The notes under the pieces are model-generated. The model ran no database searches and had not been told where the DNA came from. It saw nothing but the letters and a program-made list of their open reading frames with translations. Shown in pieces: positions 10,460-20,360 of a stretch of DNA of 64,000 bases. Source of the DNA: Candidatus Cloacimonadales bacterium (lineage in GTDB: Bacteria; Cloacimonadota; Cloacimonadia; Cloacimonadales; JAFGVF01); assembly GCA_963667035.1 (NCBI GenBank), contig OY762964.1, positions 2,144,001-2,208,000 of the forward strand. Direction: 5' to 3'. Numbering within the stretch: the stretch's first letter is position 1; each line of letters begins with the position of its first letter. The translations under genes and the position numbers were made by a program.

Positions 10460-11065
10460 CTATTTCAAACGGAGAGAATAGCTAAAAATTAATACTTTAG
10501 TTTCCACGTCCATTTCAACTCCTAAGAAATCTCTATCTGTCCATGTTAAAAAGTAGTTTACTTTGAACAAATGATTCTTCTTTACTCTAAATCCTATTCC
10601 AAGGTCGCATCCATATCCTATTAGATTATTATCATCATCTCCGTCTGCAGTCCACGTGCTATAACCACCCCCTAACTCAACAAAAGGGCTATTCCACATA
10701 TCCTTATTAATATAAAGCCTTGAACCTACTCCTAAAAGAGAATTGCTAATTGAGACTACATCCCCTTCTATATTCTCCATAGAATGAATATTAAACTTGA
10801 GCATAAAATACATATCTGCTTTTTTTTCTTCAAAATTGTTTCCTAGACGTACATCAAAGACTATCCCCGTTTCATTTAAATCAGGGGTTGTAATAGATTC
10901 ATAACCATCAGAGATTGTTTGTTTATATTCTGTTTTACTGAATCCGGCTCCAAATTCCAAAAAAAATCTACTAGTCATTTGGGGTTTTACTTCTTCTGTA
11001 TTCTTCTCAGAAAACAATTGTATCGATATTATCAACAGTGTTATTATTATAGCTATCCTCTTCAT
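10460..11065 (-). CDS. Small outer-membrane beta-barrel protein
   Basis: Signal peptide, amphipathic strands (PFVELGGGYS, DLGIGFR), terminal FSYSLRLK. Confidence 0.7.
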   Translation of the reverse strand: MKRIAIIITLLIISIQLFSEKNTEEVKPQMTSRFFLEFGAGFSKTEYKQTISDGYESITTPDLNETGIVFDVRLGNNFEEKKADMYFMLKFNIHSMENIEGDVVSISNSLLGVGSRLYINKDMWNSPFVELGGGYSTWTADGDDDNNLIGYGCDLGIGFRVKKNHLFKVNYFLTWTDRDFLGVEMDVETKVLIFSYSLRLK

Positions 11066-11144
11066 AAACCCTCCTTTTATCAATAATCCTTATACTGAAA
11101 TATTTAGTCAAGCAACATATTTCTATTTTTTATCTCCATAAACC

Positions 11145-11400
11145 TTATTCATTCTTATGTAAAGTCCTTCCTATGCAATCATTTATTCCGTATTCATTAA
11201 TCCAACATTTCAAAGTAGAGGAGCCACCTATGTTGTAAATAGTTCTTGCTTGGAAAATAGTTAGGACTCCATCCTCGATCTCTTTAACTACTTTGCGTTT
11301 AAATACTTCACTATAACATAATGCTGTTTTCTGTTTCATTTTCTGTAAACCTTTAATTTCTCTCAGTTATATATGTGTCTACTTTATTTAGGACGCTGTA
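11145..11400 (-). mobile_element. Truncated IS3-family remnant (OrfA HTH fragment plus one end)
   Basis: YSEVFKRKVVKEIEDG...YNIGGSSTLKCWINEYG; IR-like TACAGCGTCCTAAATAAAGTAGACAC upstream; no OrfB. Confidence 0.7.
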
Positions 11401-11401
11401 A

Positions 11402-11572
11402 TTGGTTCCTTCCGGGTTCCTTTTACTCGTCCACCAACCACGGGTTTCTCTCGGGTTAGTCTCCCGTTGCTCTCCCGTTGGTCTCCCGTTGCTCGCAACG
11501 GGATAGAAACGAGAGAAAAATGAGAGAAAAACTGGTAAAAAATCTGTGGTTGGTGGACACCCGGAAAGATGC
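11402..11572. repeat. Dyad-symmetric 11-bp-periodic intergenic element, copy A
   Basis: CCCGTTGCTCT/CCCGTTGGTCT/CCCGTTGCTCG units, central TCCCGTTGC-TC-GCAACGGGA, outer 13-bp IR 11429-11441/11546-11558. Confidence 0.9.
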
Positions 11573-11826
11573 TACTCAGATTGCTTAAATTATCAATGGC
11601 AGTGAAAACAGGACCATTTTTAACTGCCGTGACAGCTTAAATGAAACAAAAAAAGTAACAAATCAAAACTTATTGCAGTTTAGGATGCCCCCACTCCTTG
11701 ATTTATACTATAGATTATTAACTAATTAAGACACAAGCTTATATTATCAGTCATAAATTTTATTTGGGAATTTGTTAGTCTAATCTAAATTATATACAAA
11801 TCAAAATATCTTTGGAGGTATATGTG

Positions 11827-12912
11827 ATGTTTAAACAATATGATCCCCTGAAAGGGAAGATTGTAAAAATAATAGATGAAAACGGAAAACTCTTGAAAGG
11901 AAAGGAGATTCCGAATGATAATGATGCATTCTGGGTAAAGGCAATGGAGAAAATGCTTTTTGCCAGACAAGCAGACTTAATGGCAGTCAGTTTCCAAAGA
12001 CAAGGCAGAATGTTCACTTATCCCCCTAATCTTGGTCAGGAAGCTATTGCAACAGCCGTTGGGCTTGTAAATAAAGAAGAGGACTGGGTTGTTCCGGCCT
12101 TTAGAGAGCTAGCCGCTTGGTTGGCAAAAGGTGCTGAATTACACGAAATATTCCTATATTTCAAAGGCGATGAAAGAGGTTCTGTTATGGAGAAAGCTCC
12201 CCATATACTACCGTCCTCTGTTCCTATTGCCTCACAACTTCTACATGCGGCAGGAATAGGTTATTCTTTGAAGCATAACAAAAAGAACGGAGTAGTTTAT
12301 ACATTTGTTGGCGATGGTGGGACCTCAGAAGGAGACTTCCATGAAGCTCTTAACTTCGCAGGTGTATGGAAAGCTCCCGTAATCTTCATAGTACAAAACA
12401 ATCAATTTGCAATATCTGTTCCGAGAAAACAGCAGAGTGCAGCCGAATCATTAGCTAATAAAGGGATCGGCTATGGTATACCTGCTCTTCATGTGGATGG
12501 TAATGATATATTTGCAATGTATGCTGCTCTTGACTATGCAAGAAACTACGCTCTTGAAGGTAACGGTCCCGTACTTATAGAAGCAGAGACATTCAGAATG
12601 GGTGCTCACACAACTTCTGATGACCCAACCAGATACAGAACTTCTGAGATGGAAGAAGAATGGGCTAAGAAAGATCCGGTAAAGAGATTGAGAATGTTCC
12701 TTGAAAGTAAGGGACTCTGGGATGAGAAGAAAGAGAATGCCTTAATTGAAGAGTATAAGCAGAAAGTGGAAAAAGAATTCGTGAAAGCGGAAGAGTTATA
12801 TAAGAAAAACTTAAACAATGTCTTTGAATATATGTTTGAAGAGATGCCTGAACATCTGAAAAGACAGAAAGTAGAGTATGAAAACTACCTTCACTGGAAG
12901 GAGGGAAAATGA
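11827..12912 (+). CDS. pdhA: Pyruvate/2-oxoacid dehydrogenase E1 alpha
   Basis: TPP motif GDGGTSEGDFHEALN...NN; HTTSDDP. Confidence 0.9.
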   Translation: MFKQYDPLKGKIVKIIDENGKLLKGKEIPNDNDAFWVKAMEKMLFARQADLMAVSFQRQGRMFTYPPNLGQEAIATAVGLVNKEEDWVVPAFRELAAWLAKGAELHEIFLYFKGDERGSVMEKAPHILPSSVPIASQLLHAAGIGYSLKHNKKNGVVYTFVGDGGTSEGDFHEALNFAGVWKAPVIFIVQNNQFAISVPRKQQSAAESLANKGIGYGIPALHVDGNDIFAMYAALDYARNYALEGNGPVLIEAETFRMGAHTTSDDPTRYRTSEMEEEWAKKDPVKRLRMFLESKGLWDEKKENALIEEYKQKVEKEFVKAEELYKKNLNNVFEYMFEEMPEHLKRQKVEYENYLHWKEGK

Positions 12913-13889
12913 AGAAAGTAATGAACATGGTTCAAGCTATAAATAATGCAATGGATATGATGCTGACAGAGCATCCCGAAGTTATCATATACGGCGAAGA
13001 TGCCGGACTTGAAGGCGGTGTTTTCAGAGTAACTGAAGGTCTTCAAAAGAAACATGGTGTTGATAGGGTTTTCGACTCACCTCTCGCAGAATCGGGAATT
13101 GTCGGAACCGCCCTAGGTATGGCAATAACAGGTATGAGACCGATTGTGGAATTACAGTTTGACGGCTTCACATATCCTGCTTTTAATCAGATTGTATCAC
13201 ATGTATCTCGTTTTAGAAACAGGACACGTGGTAAATTCTCTGTACCAATGGTAATAAGATTCCCATACGGAGGAGGTATCAACGCCCTTGAACACCACTC
13301 AGAAAGTCCGGAAGCTTACTACTCCCATACACCCGGCTTAAAAGTCGTGATACCTTCAACTCCTTATGATGCAAAAGGGCTTCTTATTAGTGCAATAGAG
13401 TCTAATGATCCGGTAATCTTTATGGAACCCAAAAAGATTTACAGAGCTATCAAACAGGAAGTACCGGAAGAGAAATACTCAATACCTCTTGGAAAAGCCA
13501 AAGTAGTAGCCGAGGGAACCGATATTACTGTAGTAACATACGGTGCTATGGTAAGAGAGGTTCAAAGAGCAATGGTTATGGCTAAGAAAGAAGGAATCTC
13601 TGTCGAATTGATAGACTTGAGAACTATTTCTCCTATCGATAGAGCTACGATAAAGGAATCCGTTGCAAAAACTGGCCGACTACTGACCGTAATAGAAGCA
13701 CAAAGAAGTTATAGCGTAGCTTCTGAGCTAATGGCTATAACAGTTGAAGAGAACTTCCTTAATCTAGAAGCTCCACCTACAAGAATGGGTGGATTTGACA
13801 CAATAATTCCATTACCTCTGAATGAGGATTTCTATAGAATTGAACCTGAACAGATATTCTATAACATTCAGAAATTGGTTAAATATTAG
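12909..13889 (+). CDS. pdhB: Pyruvate/2-oxoacid dehydrogenase E1 beta
   Basis: GGVFRVTEGL, DSPLAESGIVG, EHHSES. Confidence 0.9.
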   Translation: MKKVMNMVQAINNAMDMMLTEHPEVIIYGEDAGLEGGVFRVTEGLQKKHGVDRVFDSPLAESGIVGTALGMAITGMRPIVELQFDGFTYPAFNQIVSHVSRFRNRTRGKFSVPMVIRFPYGGGINALEHHSESPEAYYSHTPGLKVVIPSTPYDAKGLLISAIESNDPVIFMEPKKIYRAIKQEVPEEKYSIPLGKAKVVAEGTDITVVTYGAMVREVQRAMVMAKKEGISVELIDLRTISPIDRATIKESVAKTGRLLTVIEAQRSYSVASELMAITVEENFLNLEAPPTRMGGFDTIIPLPLNEDFYRIEPEQIFYNIQKLVKY

Positions 13890-13897
13890 GAGGTACG

Positions 13898-15163
13898 ATG
13901 CGTTATATTTTCAATTTCCCCGATATAGGTGAAGGACTGGAGGAAGGACGTATCGTTGAATGGTACGTTAAGAAAGGTCAGGAAGTAAAGATGGGCGATT
14001 CGCTCGTAAAAATGGAGACAGATAAAGTTGTCACTGACATACCTTCTCCCAAAGAAGGTACAATCGTTACCCTCTATGGTGCCGAAGGAGAAGTAGTAAA
14101 TGTCGGTAATCCCTTAGCTGAAATAGAAATTAGCGGTAATGCCGAAGAAGCTCCTCAAACAGACTCTTCCGAATCTGTAGATGAAGAAGGATTCGCAGGA
14201 GTTGTCGGAACTATTGAAGTTGCAAAAGAAGGCTCTTTCCTTCCCGCTTCGGATGAAGGTATGGAAGAGAAGAAAGAGGAATCGGTTTCTATAAAACACA
14301 AAGTACTTGCAACTCCCGTAGCCCGAGCTATGGCTAAAGATCTTGGAATAGACATCAATCAAGTCAAAGGTTCCGGACCTGCAGGTCGCGTTACAAAATC
14401 AGATATAAAAAGGGCAGCTTCAAAACCGGCTTCGACTATTGTTACTCAAGAAACCGATAACTCGGAAAGAGTTGTGATAAGTCCTATTAGCCAGATTCGA
14501 AAAGCTATTGCCCGGAATATGGCTAAGTCAAAGCATACAGCGGCCCACATGACTGTATTTGACGAAGTGGAAGTTAGTTCTCTTGTTGATATTCGCAAAA
14601 AATATAAAGAGACATTTGCTGAAGATGGTGTGAAATTAACCTTCATCCCATTCATTATAAAAGCACTTGTACTTACTCTTAAAAAGCATCCTACAATGAA
14701 CTCCGAACTTGATTTGGATAACGGTCAGATTATTGTTAAAAAATATTACAATATAGGTATCGCAATGGATACAGAAGACGGACTTGTTGTACCTGTTATC
14801 AAAGATGCAGATAAGAAAAGTATTAAGCAACTTGCTATTGAACTTGCAGAGCTTACTGAAAAAGCATTACAAAGGAAGCTTAGCTTGTCTGAAATGCAAA
14901 ACGGTACATTCACAATTACAAACTACGGTTCACTGGGCGGTTGGTTCGGAGTTCCGGTTATAAACCATCCCGAAGTCGGTATAATGGGAATCGGTAGAAT
15001 AGCAAAACGACCCATCGTTGTTAATGACGAAATAGTTGTTGGTCAGATGCTTCCTCTTTCTCTCTCGGTAGACCATAGAATACTTGATGGCGGAGAAACT
15101 ACCAGATTCATTCGTGATTTCATCAGTTATCTGGATGACCCGATTTCCATGATGATGGATTAA
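13898..15163 (+). CDS. pdhC: Dihydrolipoamide acyltransferase E2
   Basis: Lipoyl ETDKV, E3-binding GSGPAGRV, catalytic DHRILDG. Confidence 0.92.
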   Translation: MRYIFNFPDIGEGLEEGRIVEWYVKKGQEVKMGDSLVKMETDKVVTDIPSPKEGTIVTLYGAEGEVVNVGNPLAEIEISGNAEEAPQTDSSESVDEEGFAGVVGTIEVAKEGSFLPASDEGMEEKKEESVSIKHKVLATPVARAMAKDLGIDINQVKGSGPAGRVTKSDIKRAASKPASTIVTQETDNSERVVISPISQIRKAIARNMAKSKHTAAHMTVFDEVEVSSLVDIRKKYKETFAEDGVKLTFIPFIIKALVLTLKKHPTMNSELDLDNGQIIVKKYYNIGIAMDTEDGLVVPVIKDADKKSIKQLAIELAELTEKALQRKLSLSEMQNGTFTITNYGSLGGWFGVPVINHPEVGIMGIGRIAKRPIVVNDEIVVGQMLPLSLSVDHRILDGGETTRFIRDFISYLDDPISMMMD

Positions 15164-15318
15164 GATATAGCTGTGAAGAAGACATTGGAAATACTTTTAG
15201 TTTGTTTAACGAAAACAAGCATAAATATAAATATAGATATGATACTTCTTAAAATCACATGAAAGATATGATAATCTTTTAGGAAACAATGTATGTTTAG
15301 TACATATTAGGAGTTTAT

Positions 15319-16656
15319 ATGCAATATGATATAGCAATTATCGGTGCAGGTCCCGGAGGATATGTTTCCGCTATTCGTGCCGGACAATTGGGACTGAAAA
15401 CTGTTATCATTGATAAAAAGTATGTAGGTGGAATGTGCCTTAACTGGGGCTGTATTCCAACAAAAGCGTTACTAGAAAGTGGTAAGCTTTACGATAAGAT
15501 AACAAGAGCGGAGCAATTCGGAATTAGTGGAATAGATCCTAAAACCGTTATATTCGATTGGGATAAGGCTCGAACTCGTGCCGGTTCAATAGTTAATAAA
15601 CTTACAAAGGGAATTGAGTATCTTTGGAAAAAGAATAATGTCGAATTCATTGAAGGTTCGGCAAAGATACTTAATGAACATGAAATTGAAGTAGAAAATA
15701 GAGTAATACAAGCTGAAAATATTATCATAGCTACAGGATCGAAACCTGCTAAGCTAGAGAATGTAGATCAAGCTTTAGTAATTGAATTGGAAACTCTACT
15801 CAGTGAACCTACCTTACCCGTAAAACCTCTTATAATAGGTGTTGGCCCGGTTGCTTTGGAAACTGCTGAGTTCTATAGATTGATTGGTGTTAAACCTACT
15901 CTACTGGTTCCCGGTGATGAACTACTACCGGGAGTAGACGAGTATGTGCAGAAGTATGTTACAAGAAAGCTTAAAAAAGCTAAAGTTAATCTTATCCTTG
16001 ATAAAGAGTTTAAGATTGAAGGTAACAATCTGATATCCGGTTCAAAAACAATTGAATTCGATAAGATAGTAAATGCAAGTTGGCGTAAAGCGATATTACC
16101 TGAATCAAACATAAATTTCGAAATGAATGAGGCTTTCTTGAAAACAGATGATGAACATCATACCTCCATATCAAACATCTTTGCTGTAGGTGATGTAAAC
16201 GGTAAGAGCTATCTTGCCCATGCAGCATCTGCTCAGGGATTGAAAGCCATCAATTCGATTAAAGGAGTAAAATCCGATAATGAGGATATTATTCCGATTA
16301 ATATCTACTCAGTACCTGAAATTGCTCAGGTAGGTAAAACCGAAGCTGAGTTGAAAGCTGATAATATTGATTATAAAGTTAGTGAGTTCTCCCTTAATGT
16401 AAACGGAAAGGCCTTAGCTTCCGGAGATGCCGAAGGATTTGTAAGAATCATTTCAGAGACTAAATATGGTGAAGTATTGGGTGTACAAATAGTTGCAGTT
16501 GATGCTACCGATATGATTAGTGAAGCAACAGCTCTCATGAAAATGGAAGGCACGGTATACGAACTGGCACAAACAATACATGCTCACCCAACAATTTCAG
16601 AAGCACTCATGGAAGCAGGTTATGACTGGCTGGGAGAGCCTATCCATAAAGCTTAA
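15319..16656 (+). CDS. lpdA: Dihydrolipoyl dehydrogenase E3 (atypical NAD-binding segment)
   Basis: GAGPGG, GGMCLNWGCIPTK, HAHPTISE. Confidence 0.9.
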   Translation: MQYDIAIIGAGPGGYVSAIRAGQLGLKTVIIDKKYVGGMCLNWGCIPTKALLESGKLYDKITRAEQFGISGIDPKTVIFDWDKARTRAGSIVNKLTKGIEYLWKKNNVEFIEGSAKILNEHEIEVENRVIQAENIIIATGSKPAKLENVDQALVIELETLLSEPTLPVKPLIIGVGPVALETAEFYRLIGVKPTLLVPGDELLPGVDEYVQKYVTRKLKKAKVNLILDKEFKIEGNNLISGSKTIEFDKIVNASWRKAILPESNINFEMNEAFLKTDDEHHTSISNIFAVGDVNGKSYLAHAASAQGLKAINSIKGVKSDNEDIIPINIYSVPEIAQVGKTEAELKADNIDYKVSEFSLNVNGKALASGDAEGFVRIISETKYGEVLGVQIVAVDATDMISEATALMKMEGTVYELAQTIHAHPTISEALMEAGYDWLGEPIHKA

Positions 16657-16673
16657 ATATCAATAAAACAGAT

Positions 16674-16704
16674 AAAGGTCCTGTATAAACAGGGCCTTTT
16701 CTTT
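16674..16704 (+). terminator. Terminator after lpdA
   Basis: AAAGGTCCTGT-ATAA-ACAGGGCCTTTT. Confidence 0.75.
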
Positions 16705-17024
16705 TGGGGATTTACTAGAAAGTTGATAGTAGTATAACTCATTCTCGATAAACTTCATGTTTGAAGAAAGTCAAAAGTAAAGCTAATAGAAACAATGTCT
16801 ATACTTGCTTATAACTTCTTATAATAAAAAAACTTTACAAAGTAATAGAAATGTTTAAAGAAACGATAAATTACATTTTCTGCATAATTATATTGTAACT
16901 TACACCCTGATTGTAGTATTATAAAATGAGGGTAGAGACAATTTGTTTAAAATCTTAATTGGAAAATGGTTGCCATTTAAGATACTAATAAAATAGTGGT
17001 ATAAAATTTACATGAGGTAATGTT

Positions 17025-17345
17025 ATGAATGATATAGAGAAAGGTCGAGATGCTTTAATCGAAGACGCAAAACCAATTGAACTGGAAATGGAGGACGGAA
17101 GAATCCTTAAAGTGACACCTATTGCCATGACTGAAATGAATGGGAAGCAGTACCTTGCAGTATTACCGGAAGACGAAGAAGAATTTTGGGTATATATCAG
17201 TGAAGATCATGGAGATACAATAGATTTGATTAGCATTGAGGATGAAGAGGAATTTAATCTGGTTTGTGAATATTTTGAAAACATGATTAATGATGCGTAT
17301 GACGAAGAAGAAGACGAATACGAAGACGAAGAAGATGATGAATAA
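17025..17345 (+). CDS. DUF1292/UPF0473-like acidic protein
   Basis: NGKQYLAVLP, LISIEDEEEFNLV, acidic tail. Confidence 0.7.
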   Translation: MNDIEKGRDALIEDAKPIELEMEDGRILKVTPIAMTEMNGKQYLAVLPEDEEEFWVYISEDHGDTIDLISIEDEEEFNLVCEYFENMINDAYDEEEDEYEDEEDDE

Positions 17346-17363
17346 TTATAAATAGGAGATAAA

Positions 17364-20291
17364 ATGACATTGGTAAAAGGAAAAACACTCCATGGTTTTA
17401 AATGCGAATGGGTGAAAGAAGTTCAAGAAGTTAATTCTACTGTATACTTCCTTATCCATGAGAAAACCAAAGCACAAGTATGCTATCTTAAAAATGATGA
17501 CCCTAACAAAGTATTCATGGTTGGATTCAAGACTCCTCCCGAAGACAGTTTTGGTACACCTCACATTCTTGAACATTCTGTACTTAACGGCTCAAAGAAT
17601 TTCCCTGCTAAAGATACTTTTACCGAACTGATTAAAGGTTCGATGAAGACATTCATTAATGCTTTCACAGCGTCTGATCATACAATGTATCCTATTGCAA
17701 GTACAAATGATAAAGATTTTGTCAACCTAATGACTGTTTATCTTGATGCTGTTTTTAATCCAATGATATACGATCGCCCTGAAATATTCTGGCAAGAAGG
17801 TTGGCACCATGAGCTTGAGAACATGGAAGCTCCTTTAACTTACAAAGGGGTTGTTTATAATGAAATGCTAGGTGCATTCAGTTCTCCCGAGTCAATATTA
17901 TACCGTTCTATCCAATCAACTCAGAATCCGGATAATGCTTATCAGCATGAGTCAGGAGGTGATCCTGAAGTTATTCCTGAACTCAGTTATGAGAAATTCC
18001 TTAATTTCCACAAGAAATACTACCACCCTGGCAACTCATATATCTATCTCTTCGGAGATATGAATATTGATGATACTCTTAAGATAATGAATGATCAGTA
18101 TCTTGCTAACTTTGAGTATCAGGAATTCCAAGTTGTTATTGATGAGCAGAAGCCATTTGAAAGTATTGTTGAGAAAGAACTTGTATATCCTGTCTCCAGA
18201 GATGAATCCACTGATAATAAAGACTACTTTGCTTTAACATACACAATTGGACATATTGAGGATGAAAAATTATCAATTGCAATGAATATTGTTACCGATA
18301 TTCTTATCAACTCTGATGCTGCCATTCTCAAGACAGCTCTCCTTGAAGCAGGAATCGGAAAAGATATTATGGGTTCCTATGATGATGGTATTCTTCAACC
18401 GGAACTTTCAATAATAGTTAAAAATACTTCAGCCGACAAAAAAGCTAAGTTCTTGGAGATTGTTGACAATACTCTTAGGAAGCTTGTTGAAGATGGTATC
18501 AATAAAGAGCTGATTGAAGCTTGTATAAACAAACGTGAGTTTATCTACCGTGAAGCAGACTTGAGAGGATTCCCTATAGGCTTATTCTATGCTCTCATGG
18601 CAACAAAAGGCTGGATGCATGGCTATAGTCCTCTGAAATATCTCGCATTTGATGAAGCTCTTCAAGATGTAAAGAAAGCTCTTACTGAGCCTTATCTTGA
18701 GAATATCATTAAAGAGTACATTCTTGCTAACGGTAACAAGAGTTTTATTCACATGAAACCGGAACAAGGTTTAGCAGATAAGAAAGCTGCTGATTTAACA
18801 AAGAAGCTTGCTGAAGTTAAAGCATCAATGAGTGAAAAAGAACTTAAGACAATAATAGAAAGAACCGAGAAGCTTAAGGTCCATCAGACCACTCCTGATA
18901 ATCCTGCTGATCTTGAGAAGATTCCTATGCTCTCACTTGAAGATTTAGATAGAAACTCTAAACCTCTTCCTATGGTAGAGAAAGAAATTTCAGGAATTAG
19001 AGTAATCGAGCATCCGACTTTCTCAAATGGCATAGTTTATCTTAACGGTTATTTTAATCTTGCTCGTCTTGACGAAGAAGAGATTCGCTACTTCAGTTTA
19101 TTGACTAATTTCCTTGGTAAACTTGACACTAAAGAAATGAGCTATGCAGATTTATCAAACCAAGTTAACATTCACACAGGTGGAATCTATACTGATGCTC
19201 AATTCATAAGAAATGTACAAGACCATAATTGCTTTAGTCATTGGGCTACTCTCAATGCAAAAGCAAGCAAGGATAAACTTCCTGAAATGCTCAAGCTTAT
19301 AAAAGCTATCTTGAAGGAAACTCTCTTCAACAATAAAGAAAGACTCTCACAACTCCTCATGGAATCTCAATCCAGAAAAGAGATGATTATGATGTCTTCA
19401 GGTCATGTAGTTGCTATCAGTAGAGCAGGAAGCTATATCAGTCCTCTTGGAAAGTTGCATGAGATGTATTCAGGTCTTGATTATTACAGATTTATCTGTA
19501 AAGTTGGAGCTGACTTTGAGAAAACTCCTGAAGTACTCATTGAGAAGATGCAAAGTCTTATGGCTAAGATATTCAATATTGAGAATCTTATTCTCAGTGT
19601 TACTTGTGATGAAGCAGATGTCAAAAACGTTGAAGCAATCCTTCCACAATTTATTGAAGCTCTTTACACGGATTCATTTCCGGTTCAGGAATTCAAATTT
19701 GAAGAAAACCTTAAGAACGAAGGATTAATGGCTCCAAGTAATGTTCAATACGCTGCTTTAGTAGGCAATGTTAAGAATAATGGATTCAAGTATCACGGTT
19801 CAGCAAAAGTGATGAGCAATGTTCTTAGAAACGAATATCTCTATAATCAGATTCGTGTTCAAGGCGGTGCATATGGTGCAATGTTTAATTACAGTATGGA
19901 CGGTCAAATGTACTTCTCATCTTACAGAGATCCAAACCTTGGAAGAACGTATGACGTATATAAAGGTGCCGGAGATTTCTTAAGAAACTTCAAATGCTCA
20001 GAAAGAGATTTGACCAAATATATCATAGGTGCTATCAGTCCATTGGATAATCCTGTGACTCCTGCCCAGATAAGTGATATTGTTATGCGTAGATTCCTTT
20101 CAGGAACTACTGATGAGATGATTCAGAAAGACAGAGAAGAAGTAATTGACACAAAACTCGAAGATATTAACAAACACGGTGACCTCATAGATTCTGTTGT
20201 TAAAGACAATGTAATCTGTGCATTTGGTAACGGTGCTAAGATTGAAGCAGAGAAAGATTTGTTTAATAATCTTGTGAATATCTTTGAATAA
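17364..20291 (+). CDS. M16C (PreP/insulinase family) zinc peptidase
   Basis: HILEH inverted zincin motif; IRVQGGAYG, SYRDPN. Confidence 0.93.
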   Translation: MTLVKGKTLHGFKCEWVKEVQEVNSTVYFLIHEKTKAQVCYLKNDDPNKVFMVGFKTPPEDSFGTPHILEHSVLNGSKNFPAKDTFTELIKGSMKTFINAFTASDHTMYPIASTNDKDFVNLMTVYLDAVFNPMIYDRPEIFWQEGWHHELENMEAPLTYKGVVYNEMLGAFSSPESILYRSIQSTQNPDNAYQHESGGDPEVIPELSYEKFLNFHKKYYHPGNSYIYLFGDMNIDDTLKIMNDQYLANFEYQEFQVVIDEQKPFESIVEKELVYPVSRDESTDNKDYFALTYTIGHIEDEKLSIAMNIVTDILINSDAAILKTALLEAGIGKDIMGSYDDGILQPELSIIVKNTSADKKAKFLEIVDNTLRKLVEDGINKELIEACINKREFIYREADLRGFPIGLFYALMATKGWMHGYSPLKYLAFDEALQDVKKALTEPYLENIIKEYILANGNKSFIHMKPEQGLADKKAADLTKKLAEVKASMSEKELKTIIERTEKLKVHQTTPDNPADLEKIPMLSLEDLDRNSKPLPMVEKEISGIRVIEHPTFSNGIVYLNGYFNLARLDEEEIRYFSLLTNFLGKLDTKEMSYADLSNQVNIHTGGIYTDAQFIRNVQDHNCFSHWATLNAKASKDKLPEMLKLIKAILKETLFNNKERLSQLLMESQSRKEMIMMSSGHVVAISRAGSYISPLGKLHEMYSGLDYYRFICKVGADFEKTPEVLIEKMQSLMAKIFNIENLILSVTCDEADVKNVEAILPQFIEALYTDSFPVQEFKFEENLKNEGLMAPSNVQYAALVGNVKNNGFKYHGSAKVMSNVLRNEYLYNQIRVQGGAYGAMFNYSMDGQMYFSSYRDPNLGRTYDVYKGAGDFLRNFKCSERDLTKYIIGAISPLDNPVTPAQISDIVMRRFLSGTTDEMIQKDREEVIDTKLEDINKHGDLIDSVVKDNVICAFGNGAKIEAEKDLFNNLVNIFE

Positions 20292-20304
20292 ATAAACTTA
20301 CTAT

Positions 20305-20332
20305 AAAGGCAAATCCGATCGGATTTGCCTTT
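20305..20332 (+). terminator. Terminator (28-bp perfect palindrome)
   Basis: AAAGGCAAATCCGATCGGATTTGCCTTT. Confidence 0.75.
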
Positions 20333-20360
20333 TCTTCTATATACAAAGATTCTATTAGAA

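Noticed and set aside
11402..11572. 11-bp arrays as mini-CRISPR or ordinary terminator
   Set aside because: No unique spacers, units invert at a centre, arms pair poorly between the IRs, and the site is between divergent genes
11598..11628. GGCAGTGAAAA...TTTTAACTGCC inverted repeat upstream of pdhA
   Set aside because: Single short imperfect IR; cannot distinguish an operator from chance
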